Part shown: positions 29,501 to 42,861 of the stretch, piece by piece
How the letters are laid out: the number at the start of each line of letters is the position of its first letter
How positions within the stretch are numbered: position 1 is the stretch's first letter
DNA from: Chrysomallon squamiferum
Taxonomy: Eukaryota > Animalia > Mollusca
Direction of reading: 5' to 3'
DNA length: 64,000 nt
NCBI GenBank assembly: GCA_012295275.1
Contig: CM022679.1
Coordinates: forward strand, 24,676,001-24,740,000
Position numbers and translations under genes: made by a program
Notes under the pieces: model-generated
Database searches by the model: none
Seen by the model: the letters and a program-made list of their open reading frames with translations, nothing else
Told to the model about the DNA's origin: nothing

Positions 29501-29858
29501 GGTTCTAATTACCCACAAACAATAAAAGGAGGGGCATTTTAATACAGCAAAATGTGGTTCAAGTTCACACGTCTGAAATCACCATTTCAATATTAAATAC
29601 TTGTATCATAATCATAGGAAATACATTTTTATGACTATTTTAATAAATTTATTACCGAGTTTATGATTTTTAATATTAAACGTTAATAAGATATTGAAAC
29701 GGTAGTTGCTTCTGATCAATTAATAATAATATGAATAAATATTGAAGTTAACTTTCATTATTTAACTGTTTGAAAACAGAATAATCTTCAATTTAATTTC
29801 TTTAAACTGTTAGGATGTAAATGTAAACAGTATATACCATACCTGCATTATCTGCCAT
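26590..29858 (-). CDS. Executioner caspase (caspase-3/7-like), paralogue A, 307 aa
   Basis: Exons 29843-29858, 29071-29152, 28496-28767, 27808-27983, 27225-27366, 26590-26825 (924 nt, in frame). Short prodomain, [17 protein letters not shown]-x-GTD, catalytic LSHGEEG and [36 protein letters not shown]. Confidence 0.95.
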
Positions 29859-30481
29859 TCTTAAAACTTTTATTAATCAATAGTATCATCCAAATTTTAA
29901 TATTCCCAGCACTCAAAAAAATCCAAAAGCTATCCTTTTTTGTTATAAAAGTAAAATACCAGTCTAATTTTAGACTAATCATGTTACTGTGATTTCTGTT
30001 TTACGGTACCTGTATGAACGAGAAGGCGTAAATAAATACGTTTCGTAAGCCAATGAAACAGGCAACAGCGGTGGTGTTGTTCTTGTTTCTGGTCACTAAG
30101 CTTTTAAAAAGGCACTTTTATTAACTAATTCCCAGAAAATAGATAAAAAACCCAACAATAATTATGTTTAAAGAAATAGATGTTGTTTTTTGGCTTAAAA
30201 TACATTTTTATATTATCCCTTTAATTGCATTTGTATCAATTTCTACTAGTAATAAAGTATGAATAATGATCGTGAATTTGCCTGGAGGCTTTTATAGATG
30301 CATTAGTCTAATTAAATTTAAAACATTAATATAGATATAAATTATAGTTTAAACAAACGAATGTGCTTGGGCAGTTATCATACCCGTATCTAAGGATAGA
30401 GTAATTAAGTGATATTTGTGAAAATAACAAGACCAAGTTGAAAAAAAAATCAGATTCTTGTTATTACTAAGTTATATTATT

Positions 30482-30514
<33 letters not shown>

Positions 30515-30771
30515 ATAATTATTAGTACTACTGTTACTGATACCACTACTACCACTACTACTATTATCATTATTGAAAATCACAATGCTTCTTTCTCTTC
30601 CGAAAATTTAGGAATCATTTTGAAGTTTTGTGATCATTACAGTTTGTGTGCCGTTTGATTACGTAATAAGCCGAAACAGGATGTAAAGTGCAATTAGTGT
30701 GTTTCGAAATTCAAAGAGAGGAGTGCCTTTTTTGTTATTCGTTACTTTAACAATAGGGGTTAACAAACAAA

Positions 30772-30821
<50 letters not shown>

Positions 30822-31158
30822 AATAAATAAATAAATAAACGACAGACAAGTCTATTAGTAATGATATAAAATAACAAAAACAATGAATGTATGATCATTG
30901 AATTCATTCCTAGGTATTCTAATTCAACTAGAATGTCTAGTCTTTCTTAAATGGAAACAAGTAGTACTACTACTACCAGTAGTAGTAGCTCATCTTTTCC
31001 GAGAAGTTATCAAATAACTCACGACAAGCTATGGTTAACAAGGGGGATACCTAAACCGCACTATTACAACAATAACAACAATAATAGCGAAATTGAGCGC
31101 TACATGGTAACATAATTATAATATATTTAATATTATCTTTCTAAAGAGTAATGGAATT

Positions 31159-32616
31159 ATGGATGATTTAGTCATTGGAGATGGTAAGTTTAAATATATC
31201 AAATAATTAAAATTGAATATAAATAACATTCATTACTAATCACATTTAAATTAAGATGTAATTATGTTCCACTGCATTAAACCGTTCTTAATAAAGATTC
31301 CTTGTGAGCTTCCGTGTAGTATGTGATAATATGGATTATTCATTTCAGTTAGCAGTAAAACATCTTTTAGATGCAACATGCCATAGACAGGAAAGAAACA
31401 GACTTTGATAAACTTTTCATATGGCAAAGACTGAAATAGTAGTTTAACCAGTTCTTTGAAATCTCAGGTTTTGCATACAGTCAACATAGTTTGATAAATT
31501 CTGACCAAGCATTTCTCTGAAATACACTGTTACGGGTTTGCATTCTGATAATAATCCATTTGGTGTTAAATGATTAATTGAAGAGAAGGTTATGTTTTAT
31601 TAGTCTTGTAAATTTATTTAATAATTTTGATTTGATACTAGGTTGTAATATCAGGACTTAGTACAGTTATTTTAACAAACAATTAGTTAGCAGTGTTCCA
31701 TGAAAGCTGAGGAAATTCAGAGTGACTAAACATTTGCTGGAGGTTATTTCTATGGAAGAAATATTAAATATTGTTTGTGATTTAACATTATAAATATTTC
31801 ATTCAAAAAGTGTATTTAATCAAGATCTGATATTTGATACCGTGAAGACTGATCAACAAAGGTTAATTCATAACGAAAAACAGATTTTTATGGACAAAAT
31901 TTGTGGAATGATAAAAAAATGTTACAATACAAATACTTTGCTTTTACTAAATAATAATAATGTAGTTGTTATTTATGTGAAATAAAAAATGAAACATTGA
32001 AAGATTAACTTTTCTTAATTTATTAATTATTTCAGGATATTTACTGTTATTGTAAAGTTTCTAGGGCTTATTTAATAAAAAATAATATGAGATTTCCAGT
32101 TGTAGTATACAAGAATAATCTTAAAAGGTTATAAATTCTGAAACACAATTGTTTTTTCTTTTTTAGAAAAAGATTCTGTTAATAAAAAACTGAAAGCTGC
32201 ATGGCATCATGTATCCAGGTAAACCTTATCAGCTCAGTATCAACACACGTAGAATTATATGTAAATCTAAGCATTATGCTGACAGTATAAAACCAAATAT
32301 ATTTTTCTGAATTAATATAATTTAAAAAATAATAATAGTAAATCCACCCTAATGATCTATGTAGTCTTATGTATAAAATTTTACAAATATTTTTACCACT
32401 GTTACAGATTCTTCTCTGGTACTTAACTAAATAAGTCTGTAAGTAGCTACCATATCATTACAAAATTTTTAATATTTTCTCCATTATTAAAAATATTTTG
32501 CCAGCTAAAACTAAATAAAATGTTCATGAAATAACTGTGCTGTACAGTAAATACAGTTTTTATACTTTTTTGTTTACCTATTTTACAGGCCCTTTGGAGA
32601 CACCAAAATCAATTAA
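31159..32616 (+). pseudogene. Truncated 5' part of the + strand caspase, fused to SEC31 intron by the duplication junction
   Basis: Exons 31159-31183 and 32167-32218 and the start of exon 3 (32589-) match 47438-47462, 48333-48384 and 48756-. The frame reads MDDLVIGDEKDSVNKKLKAAWHHVSRPFGDTKIN, then TAA at 32614-32616. Confidence 0.85.
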
Positions 32617-33066
32617 CAATATAGTAGTTTCCTTTGAAAAATTTGTTTCCTTATTAAAAATAATTTGTTAATTAATGACACTCTTCAACTTGTATAGGTA
32701 TAACATCATTTTGCAGAAGGCGATATAAGTCAAAACATAGAGCATACGCTATACAACAACATAACAGTATTAATTAATAAAAATAAATAAATAAATAAAC
32801 CAGAGAATCTCTACATAAGTACTGATACGTATATAAATATGATATACATATCTAGAAAAGTGTCTAAGAAAAACGTTTCACTGGTTTTATTAAAAAAAAA
32901 AAACACCTTTAAACATGACAGTGTTACTGAATTCCGATCATTCCCAGAAAGCACCATCATTAATGTTATTAATAGAGTTACTTGTATCTTTTATTATTTA
33001 GTATCTGAAATACTTGTTTTATGATTAAAAGTGTTATTTACCTTTTTCCTCTTTAATTATTTAAAG

Positions 33067-33563
33067 CAAATGAAGAGAAAACTTGAAGATGTTTCTAGGA
33101 AGTTGGAGTTGCTGTATGACCGTCTCCGAGAGAGTTCAGTAAGTTAAAACAGTGATATTAACTTTCATACAATAAGTTATACAACATTGGAAAAATAGTT
33201 TCATTGGAATCTGAAATTAAAAAATATGATTTTCATTTGGTTTTCAAATGGACAGTTACATGTTTTCTTGTCTGTAGAAAGATTCTTACTAAATGTACAT
33301 TTCTACTGTTTGTTTTCTCTTTGATATTGTCTTTGTTACAAAACCACAGTTTTGACATCTTAGCCCTTAGTAATAAAATGCTTTAAGTCAATAAAACATT
33401 CATCAATTTTATATGAGTGACTTGAAACAAGGACAACACCTGTATTTTATTTGAAAATGGGGAAAAAAAAAAAAACAAGAAAATTAATAAATATATCAGC
33501 TGTAACTGTTAACCGAAAAAAATATTCATTCAGTTTTGTTATTAATATTTACAATTTTCATCA

Positions 33564-33597
<34 letters not shown>

Positions 33598-33678
33598 GCC
33601 TTTTATGAGTTTATTTTATTTTTTTATTATTATTTTTTTTAATATATTTTGTTCTTTTATATTCTTTTTTAAAATTAT

Positions 33679-33719
<41 letters not shown>

Positions 33720-33913
33720 AGCTGTCTCCCAATGTGCTGGCTGGTCTGCACCAGATAATTAAAACAATTCAGCAATACGACTACACCTCCAGCCTGTCTG
33801 TGTACACACAGATGATCAGCCAGGGAAACTTCTCTGAAATCAGCAGTTTTATGCCCGGTATCAAGGTTCTACTCCAGTCAGCAGCTCAGATGCAAGTTTA
33901 TGTAAAACAATGA
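33067..33913 (+). pseudogene. Duplicated last two coding exons of SEC31 (orphan copy, with 3' UTR)
   Basis: 33067-33138 and 33722-33913 match 16630-16701 and 17289-17480. Only two synonymous changes seen (TCT/TCA, CAG/CAA); splice sites intact. Confidence 0.88.
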
Positions 33914-36900
33914 GAGCTAGATTTTATTTATTATTTTTGTTATGAATGTTCCAGTGTATTAGTAAGAAACAAGCATTTAGGTTAATGTATGTATGACTCT
34001 TAATGTGAATCAGTTTCCTGAAATATGTCATATCTAATGTAGAAAGTATTGATATCAAGGATTCCAGGAAATTGGAAATTAAGAAATAAAAAATAAGAAT
34101 TGGAGTAACATAAGATTAATGACCTGTGTATGAAAAAACATACATATATTTGATTTTTTGTGCTTGAAGTATTCCAGGTAACATTTTTGTTAATGTTCCT
34201 GAATGTTAATAAAAATAATAATTGATATATCGTAAGTCAGTGATTTGTATATAAACATATATACATAACTTTATGCATGTAGTTTGTTATAAATATTCAT
34301 CATATTAATTCAGATCAGAAGTGGGTGGGTGTGTATGGCAGTGGAATACATATTATAATTTATATGTATGAGTGAACTTAAGACTGAAATAAGAAATAAG
34401 CAAGTTTTGTATTAATATCATACTGATTATGGTGCACATTTTTCAGTAATTAAAATTTAGGCATTAAAAGTCTTCATATTTGCAATATCCACAACACATT
34501 AACATTGTTTATTCATTTAACATTTAAAATTATTTATTTTATTATTTATATTATTTTTTGGTGGACGGTTGGACAGTGCAATTAAGCTTAAGCAAAGTAT
34601 AATTTTTTTTTTCTTTTTATATAAAATAATTATATTTCTCAGAAATTATCTTAAATATTTTGATTCAAATACGGCAACTTCTGATTTTGTGGGAGTATTT
34701 TGGTTTGTTTATAATGTACAAAATTGAGATGATAATAAGCAAGAATTTCAAAATTATTTCCAAGTTGACCATGATATGTTACTTGTAATTACTTTCTGAG
34801 GTACAACGTGTTTTTAAAATTTAATCTGTTTGAATGTTAAAACATTCATTATGATGATAAAGAAAGAGATCGATATATATTTTCACTGAAAAATAAAAAA
34901 TTTAATGAAAGAAATATACATTGTTTGTGTTACTATTTCTTAATTTGGGATATTATATTTCACCAACAGAAGAAGTTTTGTGATGTCGTGTATTTATTTA
35001 TCATAAGCTATCATAACATGATTATTTTTACATTATTAGGCTGTATTTCACGTTAATGGAATTTACGAGACCATTGTTAATCTTCACTATAAAATACTTG
35101 TCACTTTGAACAAAGTAAACATTTACCAAATTATTATTTTTAAATTTCTGGTGTTGATTGCATGAGTTGTTGCTGTTGAAGTATTTTATTAAGTATTGTG
35201 TGAATTAGAGGATTTTGTTTGTGAATGTTAATTTGTTGTAGAAATGATTTTAAAATGAAATAACTAAGCTGTATCTATATCTGTTTTTATTTTCCTTTTA
35301 AACTGTTGCATGCTTTATTAGATTGTCTCAGTATTCATTCGTTTATTTTTCCAGTAGAAATTATTATATTTTTATTACCTTTTCTCCATGAAAAAACCAC
35401 ATATTTTGTAACCAATGAATTTAGTTAATGGTCATATGTACTTTTATTATTATTTATAAATAAATATTTTAAATTAACATATTAGGGCTAAGTACTCAAA
35501 ATATAACTTATTGCATCAATCTTACAAGCTAGGAGTGTGGGAGGTGCTGATATGTGGAACATTATTAAATTACATGGATTTCTGAAACATATCTATGATA
35601 CACATACACACACACACACTCACATATATATATAAATATATTCATCTGCACTATAAAGTTTTAAGCTGAATCCAGTTACTATAAAACTAGTAAGATCTGT
35701 ATTGCTATTGTTTATCATGACGTGGTTTTCTTTCCCTTAAAAAAAAATTCAAAGTGTACCGTGACATATTAAAACAGAACTTTGAGTTGGATGGGGCTAG
35801 TTCTATATGCATAATGTTTTTCACATCACATTTTGGTGCTAGTTTTCAATTTATTTCTCGTATGAATCATATTTTGTTAATAATACTTGAATGAATACTT
35901 AACATCTCTAATTTTATTTTCAACCCAGGTGTAGTTAGCAAGTGTAGTTAGTCTCCAAACTATTTAATACATGTATAATAATACTGATGATATTGTTAGT
36001 AATACCATCTTATCTTCTACCATAAGTTTTATAACATGTATACCATTTTCAGTATTTGATTTAGTACTGATAACCTTGTAGATGAAGTTCTTCAACTGAC
36101 ATATATAGGAGTAATCTTGCCAATTTACCACACCACAAAATGTATTTTATGTACAAAAATGTATATCGCTTATTGCAAGAAATTCTGGTGCACCAAACAT
36201 TACCATCTGTGTATTTAAACTCTGGTTTTAAAAACATAATTTATATAATAATTAATACGAAATACAGCATGTTTTGGGTTTTTTTACAATGATTGTTTCT
36301 CAGTATACATATTGACATTTTTATTTTTATTACGACAGTGAGTGTAAAAAGAATTGTTGAAGTGTTTAAATATTTCCTGCTTTCATGGCATATATATTTT
36401 TATTTCTTTTAAATTGATAACGTCACTTAATTGCAGGGAATTACTGGAACAGATGCACATTTTGTATATAATTTGTCTATTTTAAAGTAAGTAACAATTC
36501 ACTGTACATAACTATGCTTTTGTTTTATGTATAATAAACCACTGTTGATAAATCTTTACCGTTTTCCTTTTTCTTTTTTTTTCTTTTCTGTTTTTCTTTT
36601 TTTCTTTTTATTCTTTAATTAGACATTTTTAATAAGATGCACTGATTTTGGTGTATGTTAACAGAGTAAAATATAACAGATGTGATTAATATATTTTGGA
36701 ATGGACTTTTGAAGTAAATGTATATGGTCTGGCTTCACTGGAAGACCTCTAACAACAACTTAATAAATGTGAAATTTTCCTTAATACAGTTGCAGTCTAT
36801 CTATATATTTTTATTTTTATATTTTTATTATTTTTGTTCTGTCATTTTGGGACAAGGGAGCATGTTTATAACACAGTAAACCTCGCCTAAGTCGGGAAAT

Positions 36901-38827
36901 CTTGAATCTCTCCGCCGTCAAACCTTTTTTCTCACCAGCATTATTTCATACTTCTTGTAAGTCTTTGTTGTTATCCGTCTCTTTTCTCTAGTCGTCTTTT
37001 GTATAATAAAAAAAAGTCACTGTGGGCGTCGCTTTCCAGTAAAATATGTTAATTGAAGGTACCCATACGCGAGGAAGTCACGTGCACATCAATATACCAA
37101 CGCATAGTTTGAGTCAGTGGGTAAATTGTGCGAGACTGTTTCGACGAAATTGTTATTGACTTTTTCCCGGATTTTGTTTACGTACATAACAGTAGCTGTT
37201 GACGGATTTCGCACTGACAACTTAGAGTAGACATTAACTGCGGTTTGTGTTACTTTGTACTAAGAGTCAGGTGACGACAAAGGTGATTTCACGACTTAGA
37301 TCTGACGAATTAGACGAGGATATTTTATTAGAAATGACGTTATAGAAAATTTGAGGTGACGAGTTACGCACTTTGACGACGTATCATCCCAATATAACCG
37401 AAACCTTTGTCCGCAGAACTAATTAATGAAACAATAAGGAAACAATAAACACCATCAATAATACGAAATTATTTCTATGCATCAAAATCATTTGACTGCA
37501 GACTTATAATGGCGATTTTAAATCGCAACGCTTGCAGTTTTTGGGGTCTAGATGTTGAGTTTAATTTTAAATATTCACTTATTAAGATGTAAACTGAGCT
37601 TATTTTGATCTATAGAACATCTAAATGAGTTTGGCAAACACAACCCCCACCCAAATAAATATCTTGTTTGTTGCTGAGAAAAGTAGCCGACTCAAGAGGT
37701 GTCAATAAATTGAGATCGCGCTAGCCACCGGTTTAATTTAAAAACATTTATTTAAAATTAAAATGTAGGCACGGAAAAAGGCAATGGGTTTTATACATTT
37801 TAACTAATAATCATGATAACGATATAACGATTTGGCAACCTGTCAAAATATGTTTACATAATTATTATAAACATATCAATTGTATCACAGATCGACATCC
37901 GCCCGGACCAAAGTGCTATGACTCAACAAACTACTTCTATTACATGATAAACAGTATAAATAAAAATCTGATTTGCAAGGAGAGAAAGTCCAATGTTTAA
38001 AAATGTGTGTGTGTGTTGTTACACTTTGAAAATTTTATTACACAGGAAAATTTTGAATCATTTTATATTGTTTAATAATATTTAATATTCGAATATTGTT
38101 CTTCGATAACCACATTTTCACGAAAGGCTTATGATGTACCAAAAGCAACAGAGAAAGAGATCAAGTATGTGTATGTGTGTACGAATGTCTTTGAATTTGT
38201 GTATATTCTGTATGTGTGCAACTTTTCGTGTGTGTTTATGTATGAATTACACGTGCTTGTGTGAAATATTAATGTTTAAAAATTGATCAGAAAATGCTAT
38301 ATGTGTGTATGTATATCAGAGAGAGATTTGTACATCTGTTGGTGACAGTGGGTATGCATGTGAATGTGAAAGGATGATCGGTTAAATATCTCTGCGTCTG
38401 TGTGAGAATGAGAGCGGATATACATCCGTATGCACCAGAGACAGAATATGTATATTATACAAGTGTGAGCATGAGAGAGTGGTTACAGATGTTTGAGGAT
38501 GAGGGAGAAGATATATATGTTTTTATGTATGTATGCGCCTTGGAGAGAGAGGGTTTTGTATGCCAATATGAAAGAAGCAATGGGTGTGTATACGTGTATA
38601 TGTGAGTGCGATAGAGAGTAGATGTATGTGCGTGTGCATCAGAAACAAAACAGGTATATATACATGTGTGTGTGTGTGTGTGTATGTTGTAGAGATATGG
38701 GTAGATATGTGTGTAGAGAGAAAGTTTTTAGTTTATATATGCAAGTGAATGTGAAAGACCTAGTGAGACAGTACTTAAAAGTGATTATGATGTTTATTAA
38801 CAGAAATACTGTTAGACGTAGCTGTAG

Positions 38828-38863
<36 letters not shown>

Positions 38864-39125
38864 GCTGCTGCTGTTACTGCTTTTGTTATAGATGCTGCCG
38901 AGAAGTATACTTTAGCTCTAATAATAATAATAACAGAAATAATAATAATAATAATAACATACATACATCTGTAACAACAATAACAAAACTGGCAACGAAG
39001 ACGACAATAACAATACGTATAATAATAGTAACAGCAACTACACTACCAGTATTACAACTGCTACTACTATTACAATATTATACTGGATTACCTGGCTAAA
39101 AAATAAAAACAAAAATAAAATAAGA

Positions 39126-39584
39126 ATGGATATGACGTTAGCATCGGTGGAGAGACAGCAATGCCAGTATAAACAGACAAACACTCCGACAGAATCAGCC
39201 AGTACTATATATTGCACAACTTGTCCATCGTGGACTCATGCTTGCAGCAGAAATTCAGAAAACATTCAAAATCCAAGACGGTGTTCAAGGCTTGTCAATG
39301 CTGAGGATGACCTAATGTTCTCCAAGCAGGCTTTCATCGTTGATGTGTTACGTGGAGACAAAAAAGAGAAAGAAATCTTTGTCAGTGCTTACAACCATGT
39401 TCTGCCTCCTTACAATGCTACAGCCAAGACTATTTTTTTTTTTTTTTTTACCAATCTCCACAACGTACGTCGACTTCTGCCCTCGCTTCCAGCTGGATGC
39501 AAGAGCAGCATCAATGGACTGAGACATCTGAAAAACTACCTCAAATCAACAATGCCTGGGTATGAACAATTTGGCACTTTTTAA
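39126..39584 (+). other. Intronless 152-codon ORF of unknown nature (copy 2, identical protein)
   Basis: Same translation as 22780-23238; lies within the duplication. Confidence 0.2.
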
Positions 39585-42500
39585 GCTGCACAGAGACACG
39601 ATTATTAGATATAATAATGTGTGGCACCCATATTATTTACATTTAACAAAGGTGTGCAATACTTTATTTAGGCTTTAACGCTTTGTTTAATTAAACATTT
39701 ATTCTTTCCTTTAAATGTAATTTTCCAGACAGGTTTTAGATCAACTACATTTTAGCGCAAATGTACACTACACATTCTGAGTTAACCCAGCGGGTATCTT
39801 GGATCGATCCTCTCTGTCGACCAAAACAACATAACGCCTTTCGGGTTCGTTCTGAATACAACTTAAAGCTTAATCTTCTTAGCTTTTATAAGTATATAAC
39901 TAATCGCTAACACACCTGCAGAACAATGGATCAAGCATTTTTAGTGCTGCGGGTAATTTTGCGGAAACTAAAAGACCTAAATGTTTTCAAAATGGGTTTG
40001 AATGCTAACACAAATTAAGCTAAGTATTAAACGTAGTATTATAATTATCTAAACAGGAGAATACACAAATATTGATCCATATTCTGAGGATATAAGACGT
40101 GAATGATGATGATATAACCAGATAAACACAATTAGTTAATGAATGGTGGTCAAGTTACAGTAATATAATTTTTGTTGTATAGCCTTTGGTCAAACACTGC
40201 TCAGTTAGCCTGAAAATGCAAACAGAGAATTCAATACTTGCACAAATACAAGAGAGAGAGAGAGAGATAACATTTTTTTTTTTTATCTATCCAAGTTACA
40301 AATAATGTTTAACACTAACAGATACGGAAAATGTGTCTGTTCTTGTACATTAACAGATTAAATAATAACTATATTTATATGCATATGGATACATATATCA
40401 GGATGTATACGAACGGCTAATTTGGGCCATTAAATATTACGTAAAAGGTAATATCTTTAAAAAAATGTGACATGAAGTGATTTTGATCTATGAAAATATT
40501 TAGAAAATATTAATTGTAATCAAAGATATTGCGCAATCACCGAAGATAAATTTAAAAAATAAATAAAAAAATATACATATTTATTCTGTCATGTTTTTAT
40601 TAAAAATTACAGCGATTAGAACTGATACCTATTTACGTGAAAAATTTATATAACATATAATTATATGCCTAATTATATGCTTAATTATATGCTTAATTAT
40701 AAAATATCAGTAATAATAATAATAATAATATTAATATATTATTAAACTAAATGAGTCGTGAATTATAAAAGGTAAATTAAATTAAACAATATATTCTAGT
40801 TTTAGTTAAGGTCCACAATATTTCTAACATATATTTTATACAATGCCATAGATCTTTTTTATTTTATTTTTTTATTTTTTTTTATTTTTTTTTTTTGATA
40901 TCACATTTTTTCTATCCTGGATATGCCATTATAATTATTATAATTTTTAAAACATGAGGTGATAAATCTGTATTATGACAGTGCCTAAAAAACAGGTTGG
41001 ATATTTGAATTTTAATTCTGATGATACCACTGCTTAACAACAATGATTAAAAAAAAAAAAAAAAAAAAAAACTGAAAAAAACCAACATGAAAATAAATAA
41101 AAATTAAATTAAATTAAATTAAATTAAATTAAATTAAAATTAATATAATATTTTTTAAAAAGAAATAACAAGAAAAAATAGACCAAACAATATAAAATAA
41201 ATTAAAATTAAAAAACAGAATAGACCAAACAATGTAAAATGATGTCAGCTATTTATTTGAAAATTAATGTTAACACCTACTAAATACACTTATGTATTAA
41301 ATATATAATAATAATAATGATAATTATGATACTAATAATAATAGTATCAGTTCAGTTTGAGCAAATTGTGATAAATCATTTTTAAGTACATACAAAGACA
41401 CATGATCTGATTGGAAAGCCACTTTAGACAACAGAGATTAAATATGCAAATCTAGAATGTAGAAGATGCAGTTTCCTGCATTCTGGAAATAAATTTTAAA
41501 TGTTCCTTTGTCTCAAAAATATGTAAAATTATACCAGTATCCTATATCTGCAGCAATCTGACCTGGCCATACTTCATACAATTTAGTTTTGTGCACTTTC
41601 ACAGATGGACCTTGGGAGACTATGGGTGGATGTGTATGCACCCTTTGCACCACCCCTGTATACAGTTTTAGTGATATCATTACATGGTATTATTTAGTAG
41701 AACTTTTTGATATGTTAAAATATTTCTATCAAAGCATTTGTCCGCATACGGATATTTTAATTATTTAACTCTGTCACAAAAATAAGCATCATTGAAAATA
41801 TTCCCATGATGTAGACTGTCCTAAAAGTAAATGAAAGTTTAATTATCTGATTTTATTCAAAAAATAAATAAAACATAAAACTATTCACGTCAAATAATAT
41901 AGACTTTCCTCAGACTAAATCACATGTTTAACTATCTGGCTTCAGTCCATTAAAATGATAGATTATGACAATCAGAAATCACCAAAATATCTGTTAACAT
42001 AAGCAAATCCAAGGACCATCATCTATCCAGCCTCAGGAATTTCCATTTCCAACACTTACATAATTATACAGACACAAACACAATGATTAAATTTGCATAA
42101 TAAACATATGCATTTCTGATGTAAACCACTGTTATGAGCAATTAAATTTTGTTATAAAAATAAGGAAGAAACACAAATTATGCCAAATTATATAAAACAA
42201 AAAAAAAAATAAAAATAAAAAAATAAATAATTACCAAAAAACCCACAACCTTATGTACACTGTTAGGGTACACAAAAAAGTCAAATGTATTATACACTGT
42301 TAGGGTACACAAAAAAGTCAAATGTCAACACTTATCACTACTACAGTGGAATGGTAGGAAATATAAATAGCACTAACATTATTACAGAGATATTTCACTG
42401 TATGCTGGGTTTTTTCTTATACAGAATTAAAAAAAATGTTCAACCAGGATGTACAATTCCCATGCACATCCTATTTTAATGAAGCTCTTTTCATTGTGAT

Positions 42501-42861
42501 TTACACTGCATTTCTCATTATTTTTAAGTGTATAATTTCACACACTGATTTAAAAATAAAAATGACAACAATATGTTTCTACTACTTTTAATGAAAAACA
42601 GAAGGAATATCTTTTAATGGATGTGATGAGATCAAATAAACCTTTCTGGAAAGTTTAAGACACTGTTGAACCTTGAAACATTTACAAAAGCCTGTGATAT
42701 ATATTTGCCAGTGATTTATAAATTACAAAAACAACTACCTGCAGTGAATTAACTGGATTTAGAAAGTTTTAAAGGCAACCAATATGATGATGATTCTCAT
42801 TAAAAAACAAATACAGATAGGTTAGTAATATATAATCTTCCAAGTTGTACCGGGTTGTAAA

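Larger units (their letters stand above)
16185..32607. repeat. Tandem segmental duplication, copy 1 (~16.4 kb)
   Basis: Colinear with 32608-48774 throughout, with scattered substitutions and indels. Starts in SEC31 intron 25 and ends inside exon 3 of the + strand caspase. Confidence 0.96.

Noticed and set aside
31040-31055. NF-kB-like GGGGGATACC between the divergent caspases
   Set aside because: Imperfect match to the consensus and too short to support alone.
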